Assembly (NCBI GenBank): GCA_041546305.1
Contig: JBFEWO010000001.1
Span: forward strand, 1-60,561
From: Thiohalomonadaceae bacterium
GTDB taxonomy: Bacteria; Pseudomonadota; Gammaproteobacteria; Thiohalomonadales; Thiohalomonadaceae
DNA: 60,561 nt
Direction of reading: 5' to 3'
Position numbers and translations under genes: made by a program. Shown in pieces: positions 35,954 through 46,158 of the stretch. The notes under the pieces were generated by a model, which worked only from the letters and a program-made list of their open reading frames with translations, was not told where the DNA came from and did no database searches. Numbering within the stretch: position 1 is the first letter of the stretch; each line of letters opens with the position of its first letter.

Positions 35954-36619
35954 ATGGAATATCACACAACCATTCTGTTGACAGAGTTCGTTACACATGA
36001 CGTAAAACGTTTTGTCATCACCCGACCGGAAGGATTTACCTTTCATCCAGGACAGGGGGTCGAACTTTCAATCGATAAGCCCGGCTGGGTAGATATCAAG
36101 CGTCCATTCACCCCTACCTCGTTACCTTATGACGAAGTGCTGGAGTTCACTATCAAGAGTTATCCGGAACACAAGGGAATGACCGATCAGCTGCACCGAC
36201 TCTCACCTGGAGACAAACTCCTGATGAGTGAGCCCTTCGGCACGATCCAGTACAAAGGGCCGGGAACCTTTATCGCCGCTGGCGCAGGTATAACGCCTTT
36301 TTTGGCGATCATCCGCCGCCTGGCCCGGGACAACCAGTTAGACAACCACCGGCTGCTATTTTCCAACAAGGGGCCGGCAGACATTATCTGCGAACAGGAA
36401 CTGAGCCATTATCTCGGTGAGGCCGCCACCTTCATCTGCACCCGCACGAGCGACTGTCGTTGCCAGCAACTTCACATTAACAGGGATTTCCTGCAGCAGC
36501 ATGTCTCCGACATAAAACAGCACTTCTATGTCTGCGGTCCACCGCCCTTTGTCAACGCCATCAACTCGGCATTAAAAGATCTTGGCGCCAATCCCGATGC
36601 GCTGATATTCGAACGCTAA
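35954..36619 (+). CDS. Ferredoxin-NADP reductase-like FAD/NAD(P)-binding oxidoreductase
   Basis: The FAD motif is RPFTPTS and the NAD(P) motif is FIAAGAGITPFLAIIR. The C-terminus reads YVCGPPPF. Confidence 0.8.
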   Translation: MEYHTTILLTEFVTHDVKRFVITRPEGFTFHPGQGVELSIDKPGWVDIKRPFTPTSLPYDEVLEFTIKSYPEHKGMTDQLHRLSPGDKLLMSEPFGTIQYKGPGTFIAAGAGITPFLAIIRRLARDNQLDNHRLLFSNKGPADIICEQELSHYLGEAATFICTRTSDCRCQQLHINRDFLQQHVSDIKQHFYVCGPPPFVNAINSALKDLGANPDALIFER

Positions 36620-36635
36620 TCCGCAGGTATTCCTA

Positions 36636-36989
36636 ATGGGGATAAGCATCGAACGCGCCTATGATTTCTACAAGCAAGAGAAACCGAAAGGGAGCTATGC
36701 AGTACTGGTCGACCGAATGTGGCCAAGAGGAATCAAAAAGGAACAACTCCAGCTGGACGAGTGGGCCAAGCAGCTTGCACCATCCACCCCGTTACGCAAA
36801 TGGTTCGCCCACGATATCAACAAGTGGCAGGAGTTCCTCAAGCGTTATCATGAAGAGGTTGGTGCATATCAGGATGAGTTAAGACGTCTGAAGCAATTAT
36901 CACGAAATCATCACCTCATTTTGATCTATGGGGCGAAGGACCGCGAGCACAACCAGGCTATTGCCCTGAAATCACTGCTTGAGCAGTAG
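36636..36989 (+). CDS. DUF488 (YeaO-like) protein
   Basis: VLVDRMWPRGIKKE...DEW.K.LAPS..LRKWF.H....W.EF..RY, and about 117 aa long. Confidence 0.8.
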   Translation: MGISIERAYDFYKQEKPKGSYAVLVDRMWPRGIKKEQLQLDEWAKQLAPSTPLRKWFAHDINKWQEFLKRYHEEVGAYQDELRRLKQLSRNHHLILIYGAKDREHNQAIALKSLLEQ

Positions 36990-38016
36990 CACCAGCCTCG
37001 CATTCGTTTGGTACACACAAGGTTGCGAACTAACCTTGTCGTGCGGACTTGCCCTGAGGATAGAGGAAACTGACGTGGAAATTTCACAGCAAATTGAACA
37101 GTACCTCTCTAGCATCAGTTGGGAGTCTATCATCGGCTCAAGCCTGCGCATTCTCCTTATCGTGGTACTGCTCTGGTTCGTCATGCGTTTCGTTAAGGTT
37201 CTGCTCGGGCGTCTGGAAAAACGTCTTATTAGAGGTGCCGTTGGCGAAGTACCCAGTGAAACCCAAAAGCGTGCCGAAACCATCGTACGTCTATTGAGGC
37301 AAGCAGCAATTATCATGCTGTGGTTGACTGGTGTGCTGATGATACTGCGCGAGATTGGTGTGGAAATAGGACCTGTTCTCGCCAGCGCCGGTGTCGTTGG
37401 ATTGGCCATCGGCTTCGGCGCACAGAATCTGGTTCGCGATGTGATTGCCGGCTTTTTTTTCATTATCGAGAATCAGGTCAGGGTTGGCGATGTGGCGATT
37501 GTCAACGGCACGGGGGGGCTGGTGGAGGCTGTTAACTTCCGCACGTTAATCCTCCGGGATCTCTCGGGCGTGGTCCATGTTTTTCCCAATGGTACGATCA
37601 ACACCATATCCAATCTCACTCAGGTATGGTCCGCCTACGTTTTCGATATTGGTGTTGCTTATAAGGAAGATGTTGACCGTGTCATGAACTTGCTAAAGGA
37701 AGTTGGCAAGGAGATGCGCAAGGATCACTATTTCGGCCCCCTGATTATTGAAGACATAGAAATCTTCGGCGTCGACGCCTTTGCCGACTCCGCCGTAGTG
37801 ATCAAGGGCCGCCTGAAAACCAGACCAATCAAACAGTGGGAGGTGGGACGAGAATTTCTCAGACGGGTAAAAAAGACCTTTGATAGGGAGAATATTGAAA
37901 TCCCCTTCCCGCACCGTTCGATCTATTTCGGTGAAAACAGTAAACCGTTTCTGGCCGCGCTGTTGGAACAAGAGGAGATGAAAAAGAGTTCTGAGCAAGT
38001 GGTGGTGAGTAAATAA
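36979..38016 (+). CDS. MscS-family mechanosensitive channel
   Basis: The TM3 and beta-domain motifs read GVVGLAIGFGAQNLVRDVIAGFFFIIENQVRVGDVA...G.VE.V.FRT..LRD..G.VH.FPNG. The true start may be the GTG at 37075, which follows GAGGAAA. Confidence 0.85.
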   Translation: MSSSTSLAFVWYTQGCELTLSCGLALRIEETDVEISQQIEQYLSSISWESIIGSSLRILLIVVLLWFVMRFVKVLLGRLEKRLIRGAVGEVPSETQKRAETIVRLLRQAAIIMLWLTGVLMILREIGVEIGPVLASAGVVGLAIGFGAQNLVRDVIAGFFFIIENQVRVGDVAIVNGTGGLVEAVNFRTLILRDLSGVVHVFPNGTINTISNLTQVWSAYVFDIGVAYKEDVDRVMNLLKEVGKEMRKDHYFGPLIIEDIEIFGVDAFADSAVVIKGRLKTRPIKQWEVGREFLRRVKKTFDRENIEIPFPHRSIYFGENSKPFLAALLEQEEMKKSSEQVVVSK

Positions 38017-38197
38017 AGTGTAAACATTCTGTATCAACTATCGCGACAAAAAAATCTGTTTTCATCAACTAGCGGTTCGTACCCTATTGCAGAGCAAAAA
38101 ATTGCAGCTACCTTATTGATAGCAACCTATCGTTCGCCTCTGTTTCGGATTGATTTATTCAACACGCACACTTCCCACTCATCTATAGGAGTCGCTT

Positions 38198-38848
38198 ATG
38201 AGAACCCCACTTGTTTGCACCATCCTTGCGTCTGCACTTCTTGCCACACCAACCGCATTCGCAGCCGGAGCTGGACACTTTTACATTGGCGCCGGCCTTG
38301 GCGGAACCACGGTCAAGGATGCTCCCAGTGCATCCGAGTTCGATTCCGACCTGGCATCGATCGGCATTACCGCCTCCTCCTCGGTCGACGATACGGATAC
38401 CGGATGGAAACTGTACGGCGGCTACATGTTCAACCAAAACCTTGCTGTTGAGGCAAGCTATGCTGACCTCGGCGAACTGAGTATCGACAGCACTATCACA
38501 GCGCCCTTAGCAGGCACCCTCGCAACCACCTGGGAAGCCCAGACCCTCGCAGTCTCTGCTGTGGGTATCTGGCCGCTGGCGTACAATTTTGAGATCTTCG
38601 GCAAAGCAGGCTTCCATTACTGGGATGCTGAAATCACCGCGACAGCGACGGGAGGAGGCGGTGCCGCCAGCGGCTCGGATGATGATAACGGCACGGACGT
38701 GCTGTATGGAATTGGGGCCGCCTACAACCTCAATGACAATTTTGCACTACGTGCCGAATGGGAACGCTACAGCAATATCGGTGATGACAACACAACCGGC
38801 GAGTCCGATGTGGATATGTGGTCTGCCGGTGTGCAATACAGCTTCTAA
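38198..38848 (+). CDS. Outer-membrane beta-barrel protein (OmpA-like or OmpW-like 8-strand barrel)
   Basis: It has a signal peptide (…TAFAAG), then FYIGAGLGGT, alternating beta strands, and the C-terminus WSAGVQYSF. Confidence 0.8.
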   Translation: MRTPLVCTILASALLATPTAFAAGAGHFYIGAGLGGTTVKDAPSASEFDSDLASIGITASSSVDDTDTGWKLYGGYMFNQNLAVEASYADLGELSIDSTITAPLAGTLATTWEAQTLAVSAVGIWPLAYNFEIFGKAGFHYWDAEITATATGGGGAASGSDDDNGTDVLYGIGAAYNLNDNFALRAEWERYSNIGDDNTTGESDVDMWSAGVQYSF

Positions 38849-39231
38849 CATTTGGTCTTTTCAAATGGTGCCGGGATATTTCCCGGCACCCACTCCACCT
38901 TCATTGATATATCGATACAAAAAGGGCGGTGACGCCTCCCAACCATATTACTGATCCGTTTGTTATTGTGTCTGGTCCTGCGTTTAACCTGCTCCTGGAG
39001 CTTGTCCAGATCTTTTAGCTGATCCCGATCTCTGAGCTGGTCCTGCTCACGAAGTGGATCCTTTTTCTGCTCCGTCACCTTCTCCTGCTCCATCGAACCG
39101 CCCATACCCTGGACAGATTGTTGCCCCTGATACATCGGACCGCCACTCCCCGTCCCGCCGGCGGCGAACAACGAGCTGTTAATGAGGATAGTGAGTGCAA
39201 CCGAAGAAAGAAGTATCCCGATACGTTTCAT
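38845..39231 (-). CDS. Hypothetical secreted Q/E/D-rich low-complexity protein
   Basis: MKRIGILLSSVALTILINSSLFAAG is a signal peptide, followed by Q/M/G-rich and DQL-repeat sequence. The 3' end runs through the hairpin at 38868-38889, so the true stop and extent are uncertain. Confidence 0.4.
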   Translation of the reverse strand: MKRIGILLSSVALTILINSSLFAAGGTGSGGPMYQGQQSVQGMGGSMEQEKVTEQKKDPLREQDQLRDRDQLKDLDKLQEQVKRRTRHNNKRISNMVGRRHRPFCIDISMKVEWVPGNIPAPFEKTKC

Positions 39232-39306
39232 GCCAATACCTCGTCTGAACAGCCACGGCACAACCTGCCGCAGGTGTGATGCAGTATTGTTCTGACAAAT
39301 ACGCTG

Positions 39307-41445
39307 TCAGCCGTGCAGCAGCCCCGCCCTGACACAACGCAGTACCTCAAAGGAATACTCGCCATCCAACGCCTCGAACACCGGCTTCAGACGATTCCCT
39401 GCACCATGGTGCTCAAGGGCAAACCTGATCGCCGCCAGCCGCTCCTCAGATAGCGCCACCACTTCTTGTAACTGCACCTCGCCATGCGCAATCGCCTCAA
39501 CCAGGTGGTTATAGATGGTGGTCGGCTTGAGGCCACGCTGGTGGGCAATGGCCTCCACATCCATGCCAAGGCGAAACAACTGCAGTGTTTCATCGGCGGT
39601 ATTGGTTGCGGATGTTGCTTCATCACGGTAATGGGCCTGTAATACCTCGAGAAAGGTCTCACCGTAGGCATCGAGCTTGCGCGCGCCAATCCCCGATATG
39701 GTGCCTAGCTGGACCAGCGTCTGGGGCTGCTGCTCGATCATCGCCATCAAAGTGGCGTCGTGAAAGATCATATAAGCGGGTATGCCCTGTTCCTCGGCCA
39801 GGCGTTGGCGTGTAGCACGCAACGTGTCCCAGAGTTGGCGGTGAACGGCCTCAACCTGAGGTTCGGCTTTGCGTTCGCGCCGTTCGCTGCGGCTTCGTTT
39901 AAGCTGCTTGCGCAGCATCAGCGTCTCTTCACCACGCAATACCGGGCGGCAGGCCTCAGTCAAGCGCAGCGCACCGTAACCCTCCAGATCCACCGCCAGC
40001 AGCCCACAGGCGATGAGTTGCCGATAGAGGTCGCGCCACTGGCTCTGATTTAGCTCGGTGCCAATACCGAAGGTAGATAGGGTATTGTGGCCAAAGCGAC
40101 GGATCCGTTCATGCTCCTTGCCGAGCAGTACATCGACCAGATAGCTGACACCAAATCGCTGGCCGGTGCGGTGGACACAGGAGAGCGCCTTTTGCGCCGC
40201 CACCGTGGCATCCCAGGTCTCGGGCGGTTCTAAGCAGTTGTCGCAGTTGCCGCAGGGCTCGGGCAGGGCGTCGCCAAAGTAGCGCAGCAGTGCCTGGCGG
40301 CGGCAGGTGGTGAGCTCACACAGCCCGAGCATCGCATCGAGCTTGTGCCGTTCGATGCGCTTGTGGCTCTCGTTCGCCTCGGAGGCCTCCTGCATCTGCC
40401 TCAGAGTGATCACATCCTGAAGTCCATACGCCATCCAGGCGTCAGCAGGCAAACCATCACGGCCGGCCCGACCAGTTTCCTGGTAGTAGGCCTCAATGCT
40501 TTTCGGCAAGTTAAGGTGAGCAACAAAGCGCACGTCCGGTTTGTCGATACCCATGCCAAAGGCGATAGTGGCGACGATGATCACCCCTTCTTCTCTCAGG
40601 AAACGCTGCTGATTCTTCTGGCGAGTCTCCGCCGGGAGCCCCGCATGGTAGGGCAGCGCCTTGAGCCCCTTGCCTTCCAGCCAGGCGGCCACCTCCTCGA
40701 CCCGCTTGCGCGATAGGCAGTAAACGATACCCGCCTCTCCCTCATGTTCCTCACGGATAAAGCGCAGCAACACCTCGCGGACGTTACTGCCGCTCTCACT
40801 GATGCGATAACGAATATTGGGCCGGTCGAAGCTGCTGATGAACTGCCGCGCCCCCTCCAGAGCAAGACGTTCGATGATTTCACGGCGGGTCGGCGCGTCA
40901 GCGGTAGCCGTCAGCGCCACCCGCGGCACGGAGGGGAAGCGTTCATGCAGGATGGAGAGCTGAATATACTCCGGACGGAAATCATGCCCCCATTGGGAAA
41001 CACAGTGAGCCTCATCGATGGCGAACAGGCTGATATGCGCCTGCGACAGTAGTTCCAGGGTACGCAGCAGCATCAGACGTTCCGGGGCTATGTAGAGCAG
41101 ATCCAGCTTGCCCATGAGTAGGGCCTGCTCGACCTCTCTCGCCTCGGCAACGCTCAGGGAGGAGTTGAGAAAAGCAGCACGCACCCCATTCTGACGCAGG
41201 GCGTCGACCTGATCCTGCATCAGTGCAATGAGCGGCGAAACCACTATCCCGGTGCCAGGGCGCACCAAGGCCGGGATCTGGTAGCAGAGCGACTTTCCTC
41301 CCCCCGTAGGCATCAGCACCAGGGCATCACCGCCAGTGCAGAGGTGGTCAACGATCTCTCCCTGTCCTGGGCGGAAGGCCTTGTAGCCAAAGACCGACTG
41401 CAACAGCTGTTGTGCATCGGGGTTTACGGATTCTAACTGGGACAT
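39307..41445 (-). CDS. recQ: ATP-dependent DNA helicase RecQ with an extra C-terminal HTH-like domain
   Basis: GY..FRPGQ.EI, motif [14 protein letters not shown], and the DEAH box [17 protein letters not shown]. Zn-finger cysteines and an HRDC domain are present. About 100 additional C-terminal residues follow. Confidence 0.95.
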   Translation of the reverse strand: MSQLESVNPDAQQLLQSVFGYKAFRPGQGEIVDHLCTGGDALVLMPTGGGKSLCYQIPALVRPGTGIVVSPLIALMQDQVDALRQNGVRAAFLNSSLSVAEAREVEQALLMGKLDLLYIAPERLMLLRTLELLSQAHISLFAIDEAHCVSQWGHDFRPEYIQLSILHERFPSVPRVALTATADAPTRREIIERLALEGARQFISSFDRPNIRYRISESGSNVREVLLRFIREEHEGEAGIVYCLSRKRVEEVAAWLEGKGLKALPYHAGLPAETRQKNQQRFLREEGVIIVATIAFGMGIDKPDVRFVAHLNLPKSIEAYYQETGRAGRDGLPADAWMAYGLQDVITLRQMQEASEANESHKRIERHKLDAMLGLCELTTCRRQALLRYFGDALPEPCGNCDNCLEPPETWDATVAAQKALSCVHRTGQRFGVSYLVDVLLGKEHERIRRFGHNTLSTFGIGTELNQSQWRDLYRQLIACGLLAVDLEGYGALRLTEACRPVLRGEETLMLRKQLKRSRSERRERKAEPQVEAVHRQLWDTLRATRQRLAEEQGIPAYMIFHDATLMAMIEQQPQTLVQLGTISGIGARKLDAYGETFLEVLQAHYRDEATSATNTADETLQLFRLGMDVEAIAHQRGLKPTTIYNHLVEAIAHGEVQLQEVVALSEERLAAIRFALEHHGAGNRLKPVFEALDGEYSFEVLRCVRAGLLHG

Positions 41446-41737
41446 ACCGGCGTGTTAGCGTGACACATGGGATAGCGATGATACCCCTTTTGGCCGGAAA
41501 TGAACGACCCGCCTAACATGGAAGGCCCGTCGTTCAAGGGAAGAGGCCATCCCTGGGGCCATGAAAATTTCACTCAGACCTATAGTCACAACCGAAAATA
41601 TCGCCTATAGTGTTCGCAGCTACAGATTTTGGCATTGGCAGTTTAGGTTGTTCCCCCTGCGTTACTCCCGAACCACACCAGTACAATTCCTGTTAGCAAC
41701 ACACGATTTTTTTTTAATCAGTAAAGGTACACATATC

Positions 41738-41941
41738 ATGGCAACAGGTTCTGTAAAGTGGTTCAACGAATCCAAAGGCTTCGGTTTCATCACCCAGGAT
41801 GATGGCGGGGCAGATGTATTTGTTCACTTCAGCGCCATTCAGGGCAGCGGCTTCAAGACCTTGGCCGAAGGCCAGAAGGTCACCTTCGACGTCGAAAACG
41901 GCCCCAAAGGCCCCCAGGCAAGCAACGTCGTTGCCCAGTAA
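41738..41941 (+). CDS. cspA: Cold-shock protein (CspA family)
   Basis: [36 protein letters not shown] long 5' region upstream contains a T9 tract. Confidence 0.95.
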   Translation: MATGSVKWFNESKGFGFITQDDGGADVFVHFSAIQGSGFKTLAEGQKVTFDVENGPKGPQASNVVAQ

Positions 41942-41962
41942 GCCCTGAGCTTATTGCCTGAA

Positions 41963-41989
41963 AAGAACCCCGCCTCGTGCGGGGTTCTT
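41963..41989 (+). terminator. Rho-independent terminator of the second csp gene
   Basis: AAGAACCCCGC-ctcgt-GCGGGGTTCTT is followed by TGTTTATT. Confidence 0.75.
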
Positions 41990-42036
41990 TGTTTATTGGG
42001 ATAGGTAGGTCTGGCTTAAGCCCAACAGCACTTTGA

Positions 42037-43908
42037 CTAGCCTTTCTTCCGCCGCGAACTATCCGCTCCTTTTGACCGGATGAACTTCTTCGGCTTTTTG
42101 CCCACCGGCGCGTCCGCGCTTGCCCTTCTCTCGCCGGCAGCCCCGGGCTTTCTCTTGAGTGGCTTTTCCCCTCGTCCGGCTTTCTCGCCCTTGGCTGGTT
42201 TGTCCCCCATTCCCGGACGCGAACTACGCGCTGGCCTTTTCCCCGCTCTGGGGGGGGCCTCGCCGAGCAGGTGAAGCCGCATCTGCCTGCCGCAGATCCA
42301 TGCCTGCTGCAGCTTTACCAGGGCCTCCTCCGGCATTCCCTCCGGCAGATCGACGGTACTGTAATGGTCGTAAAGCTTGATATGGCCGATGTAACGGCTC
42401 TCCAGCCCCGCCTCGTTGGCGATGGCGCCGACAATGTTCTTGGGCTGTACGCCACTCTCCCTTCCCACCTCGAGCCGGTAACGCTGCATCCCCGGTTCCG
42501 GTTCGCCGGCGGACTCGAAGCTTCGCGGCTCACGGCGCTTGTCACGCCCCCCTTCCGGACGCCCCTCTCGCACAGACGGTTTGGGTTCAGGTTCTGCCTG
42601 TAACGGCCGCTCACGTTGCACCAGATAGGCCAGCGCGGCGGCGATCTCGGCCAACCCGATATTGTGCTCGCTCTGGTAACCCTCGATCACCTCCTCGAAG
42701 AACCCCAATTCCTGGGATTCGATGGTATCGGTAATAAGTTGCCGGAACTGCTCAGTCCGCCGGCCCGCAATATCTGCACGGCTGGGTAACTGCATCGGCG
42801 TGATCGGTTGGCGAGTCGCCTTTTCGATGGCGGCGAGCATGCGCTTTTCCCGCGGCGCAACGAACAAAATCGCCTCCCCTTTGCGACCGGCCCGACCGGT
42901 ACGCCCAATACGGTGAACATAGGCCTCGGTGTCATAGGGAATGTCATAGTTGATGACATGGCTGATACGCTCCACATCGAGACCACGAGCTGCCACATCC
43001 GTGGCAACCACGATATCGAGCTTGCCGTTCTTGAGCCGCTCGATGGTTTTCTCGCGCAGTGCCTGGTTCATGTCACCATTGAGTGCGGCACTGGAATAGC
43101 CTCGTGCCTCGAGTTTTTCGGCCAGCTCTACCGTGGCTGTCTTGGTGCGCACGAAGATGATGAGGCCATCGAACTCCTCCACCTCGAGGATACGGGTCAG
43201 GGCATCGAGCTTATGGACGCCACTGACCTGCCAGTAACGCTGGGTAATGGTAGAGACAGTGGTGGTTTTGGCCTTGATGCGAATTTCCACCGGATCCTTC
43301 AGGTGAGCACGAGCCACCCGACGGATCGCCTCCGGCATGGTGGCGGAAAAGAGCGCCACCTGGCGTTCGGACGGGGTATGCTCCAGGATCTGCTCCACAT
43401 CATCGATAAAACCCATGCGCAACATCTCGTCGGCCTCATCGAGCACCACCGCCCTTAGACCATCAAGATTAAGCGTGCCACGACGCAGGTGATCCTGTAC
43501 CCTCCCCGGCGTCCCTACCACCACGTGCACCCCTCGCCGCAGTTGTCGCAGCTGGATATCCATACTCTGGCCGCCGTAAACCGGCAGAATGTGAAAGCCC
43601 GGCAAATGACGGGCATAGCTCTGCATCGCCTCAGCCACCTGCAGCGCCAACTCACGGGTCGGCGCCAGCACCAGAATTTGGGGGGTACTCTGACTCAGGT
43701 CCAGCCGGCTAAGCAGCGGCAAGGCAAAGGCCGCCGTCTTGCCGGTACCGGTCTGGGCCATGCCCAGCAGGTCGCGTCCCTCGAGCAGAGGCGGAATACT
43801 CTGTGCCTGGATCGGCGAGGGGGCTTCATAACCGGCCTCTCCGACCGCCTGAAGGATAGGTGCGGCAAGTGGCAGCTGGGCAAAGCTGACGATTTCATCT
43901 GCAGACAT
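42037..43908 (-). CDS. deaD: DEAD-box ATP-dependent RNA helicase DeaD/CsdA
   Basis: The Q-motif reads F..L.L....L.AV...GYE.PSPIQ. Motifs AQTGTGKTAAF, DEADEML, SAT and HRIGRTGRAG are present. A DbpA-like domain and a basic C-terminal tail follow. Confidence 0.95.
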   Translation of the reverse strand: MSADEIVSFAQLPLAAPILQAVGEAGYEAPSPIQAQSIPPLLEGRDLLGMAQTGTGKTAAFALPLLSRLDLSQSTPQILVLAPTRELALQVAEAMQSYARHLPGFHILPVYGGQSMDIQLRQLRRGVHVVVGTPGRVQDHLRRGTLNLDGLRAVVLDEADEMLRMGFIDDVEQILEHTPSERQVALFSATMPEAIRRVARAHLKDPVEIRIKAKTTTVSTITQRYWQVSGVHKLDALTRILEVEEFDGLIIFVRTKTATVELAEKLEARGYSSAALNGDMNQALREKTIERLKNGKLDIVVATDVAARGLDVERISHVINYDIPYDTEAYVHRIGRTGRAGRKGEAILFVAPREKRMLAAIEKATRQPITPMQLPSRADIAGRRTEQFRQLITDTIESQELGFFEEVIEGYQSEHNIGLAEIAAALAYLVQRERPLQAEPEPKPSVREGRPEGGRDKRREPRSFESAGEPEPGMQRYRLEVGRESGVQPKNIVGAIANEAGLESRYIGHIKLYDHYSTVDLPEGMPEEALVKLQQAWICGRQMRLHLLGEAPPRAGKRPARSSRPGMGDKPAKGEKAGRGEKPLKRKPGAAGERRASADAPVGKKPKKFIRSKGADSSRRKKG

Positions 43909-44021
43909 GATGTGACCTTATCGTAGGGGGCGGTCCGGGAAGAGCCGGGCGAAGCTGCCTGAAATAACCAAGTATACGCTAACCAGTGATCGATCCGTGC
44001 CTGTTTTCGTCGAATGACATT

Positions 44022-44948
44022 TCAGAAATGATTGCCTGCCGTGTTCTCCTTCATCGACTTAGCAGGGCAGGCGAGTTGCTCAAAATCTTCCGCCCAGGCA
44101 AGCAGTTGCCGACGAAAATGACGCTCTTGAGCCGGTGTCTCGACCGCAGTGATCTGTGCCAGCATCTCCATGGTTCGCTCCCGCATACTGGCATACGCCT
44201 TACGGTAACTTTCCGGCCATAACTGGCGGGGATCCGCGAACAGCATGTGGATCCGTGCACGAAATTGTTCGGGGTTGTTACGCAGCGTAAAGGCCTCGTC
44301 CAGGGCCCGCTGCCAACGATCACGACTCGCCATCCAGTCTTCACCGCCCGGCCCCAAATCCTCTGCCCAGCGCTCAAGCGCCTGCTGTTGTGGCGCATTC
44401 AATGGACCAATCCACCGCCGCAGCATCTCTTCCATTCGGTCGATGCGTCGCTGCCTGATCCTTTTCCGGCTGGCGGTAACATATTGCTTTTCCAGTTCCC
44501 GGTTGCGCTGCTCCAGGTTGCTCATCAGTTCTTCCACCTGGGCATCACTGGCGGTGAACAACAACGCCGCTATATCGGGAGTGAGGTTTTCCATCAGCTC
44601 CCGCCAGAATTCCAGACTCTGTTGATAATGTTGCTCAAGACGTTCTCGGGTGAAAGGGAGGGGCTCAGCATGCATCTCACGGAACCACCCGGCATAGGCG
44701 CCTAGCTGCGTACGGCAATGCCACTCGAGCCTTTCTTCAAGTCGCTGCTCAAGCTCGCTACGTTGCGCACTGTTGAAACTGATGTAGTCGCCGAGATGCC
44801 AGGGGACTAGCCAGTCTAGTTGGCGATAAGTGAAACTGAAGGTACAGGCGACTAGCGTGAACGCTAGCACGACGGGACATAGCGAGAATGATCGCCACTG
44901 CGTTAACAGGTTTGGGCTCAATAGCCGAGGACGCTTATGGATGCTCAT
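44022..44948 (-). CDS. DUF6279-like lipoprotein
   Basis: The start is MSIHKRP. LVAC is lipobox-like and is followed by YRQLDWLVPWHLGDYISFNSAQRSELEQRL. Confidence 0.6.
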   Translation of the reverse strand: MSIHKRPRLLSPNLLTQWRSFSLCPVVLAFTLVACTFSFTYRQLDWLVPWHLGDYISFNSAQRSELEQRLEERLEWHCRTQLGAYAGWFREMHAEPLPFTRERLEQHYQQSLEFWRELMENLTPDIAALLFTASDAQVEELMSNLEQRNRELEKQYVTASRKRIRQRRIDRMEEMLRRWIGPLNAPQQQALERWAEDLGPGGEDWMASRDRWQRALDEAFTLRNNPEQFRARIHMLFADPRQLWPESYRKAYASMRERTMEMLAQITAVETPAQERHFRRQLLAWAEDFEQLACPAKSMKENTAGNHF

Positions 44949-45071
44949 CCTCAAGATATATAGCACCGGCTCCGTGGCAAGGGGTAAATAAACGGTGAGG
45001 CTTGGTGAAATCCAGGGCATTCCAATCCCCGCCGGAACCTTTTTATCCCGGCGGGGAAAGGAAGGTCGGTG

Positions 45072-45617
45072 TTAGTGCCAGTAGGCGAAAAGCCCCATCA
45101 CGGCACCGGGGAGAAGCTCGACCCAGTCATCGTATTCATCATCATCCATGTCGGTCTCCTCGTCGCTGTAGAGCAGCGCCAGTTGTGCCATTGGCGCCAC
45201 CAGGCTCTGCTCGTTTTGCGGTAGCTCATCCCACAGATCCTGCTGCTCCTCGACCCCGTGCATAAAACCGAAGCACCAGCCCTCATAAGCCTCCAGGATC
45301 TCGCCCTCCTCCTCGGTCTCGATAACCAGCGGCTCGAAGTCACGGCGTGCCTGCAGGGTGGCGACCAACTCGTTGTACAGCCGCTGCAACAAAGAGGTCA
45401 TGTGCTCCCTCTGCTGATCATCAGCAAACGTGGGCTGGCCCCAAATAGCCTCTTGCCAGGCATCCTCAGCCGGCAGGTTCGGGGTCACCGCAAGTGCGGT
45501 GAGATAACCGTGGGCTTCATCTATCGACAAGGCATCATCACAGGCGTCGGAAAGCAGAAACTCATCCAGTTCGCCCAGCTCATTTTCATTCAGGGGAGTA
45601 TCGAGATCGGTAGACAT
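45072..45617 (-). CDS. UPF0149 (YgfB/YecA-N-like) family protein
   Basis: The start is MSTDLDTPL. The motif reads L.E.EL.ELDEFL.S......LS..E.HGYLTALA..P, and the C-terminus is acidic. Confidence 0.7.
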   Translation of the reverse strand: MSTDLDTPLNENELGELDEFLLSDACDDALSIDEAHGYLTALAVTPNLPAEDAWQEAIWGQPTFADDQQREHMTSLLQRLYNELVATLQARRDFEPLVIETEEEGEILEAYEGWCFGFMHGVEEQQDLWDELPQNEQSLVAPMAQLALLYSDEETDMDDDEYDDWVELLPGAVMGLFAYWH

Positions 45618-45822
45618 AGCTATATTCCTGCAGGCGGTCATGACATTAAGCAGTGCGAATTGGATACCATCTGTCTGAGCAACGCAACCGCTATTTTTTC
45701 CAAAGATTCCGCTACCGACGCTACCCCCCAAAACACCACCGTCCCGAGACGAGTAAGCACTTGCCCACCATGCCAATACCGAGGGCTGCAGCTTTTTTTC
45801 TAATCATCCTCTACAGTTAGTT

Positions 45823-46140
45823 ATGATTTTCCGCCACCCATCAGGAACGACCATGCCCCGCATCTCACATGATCTGTACCTGGAACGACTGGCCGAACTC
45901 TGGCAGCTCAGTGCCAGGCAACGACGTGTCCTGAAAGGGCTGGATGAGAAAACCATTCCCTCGCTACAGGATATTCAACAGACCCTGCAGAACCTCTTTC
46001 CCCACAATCCGCAACTGGCCGAATTGTGGCCCACCACCAACAACAAGGCCTTCGACAACCGCTCGCCCATGCAGGTTATTGAAGAGGAAGGTCTTGCCGG
46101 TGTCGAAAAGGTGCGGCGCTTTCTTTGCCTGCACCATTAA
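45823..46140 (+). CDS. DUF2384 (Xre/MbcA/ParS-like antitoxin C-terminal domain) protein
   Basis: LF......A..W..T.N.AF.NRSP..VIEE.GLAGVE.V...L resembles DUF2384. The start is either 45823 or 45853. Confidence 0.5.
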   Translation: MIFRHPSGTTMPRISHDLYLERLAELWQLSARQRRVLKGLDEKTIPSLQDIQQTLQNLFPHNPQLAELWPTTNNKAFDNRSPMQVIEEEGLAGVEKVRRFLCLHH

Positions 46141-46158
46141 CACGCTCCGCCCTCAGAG

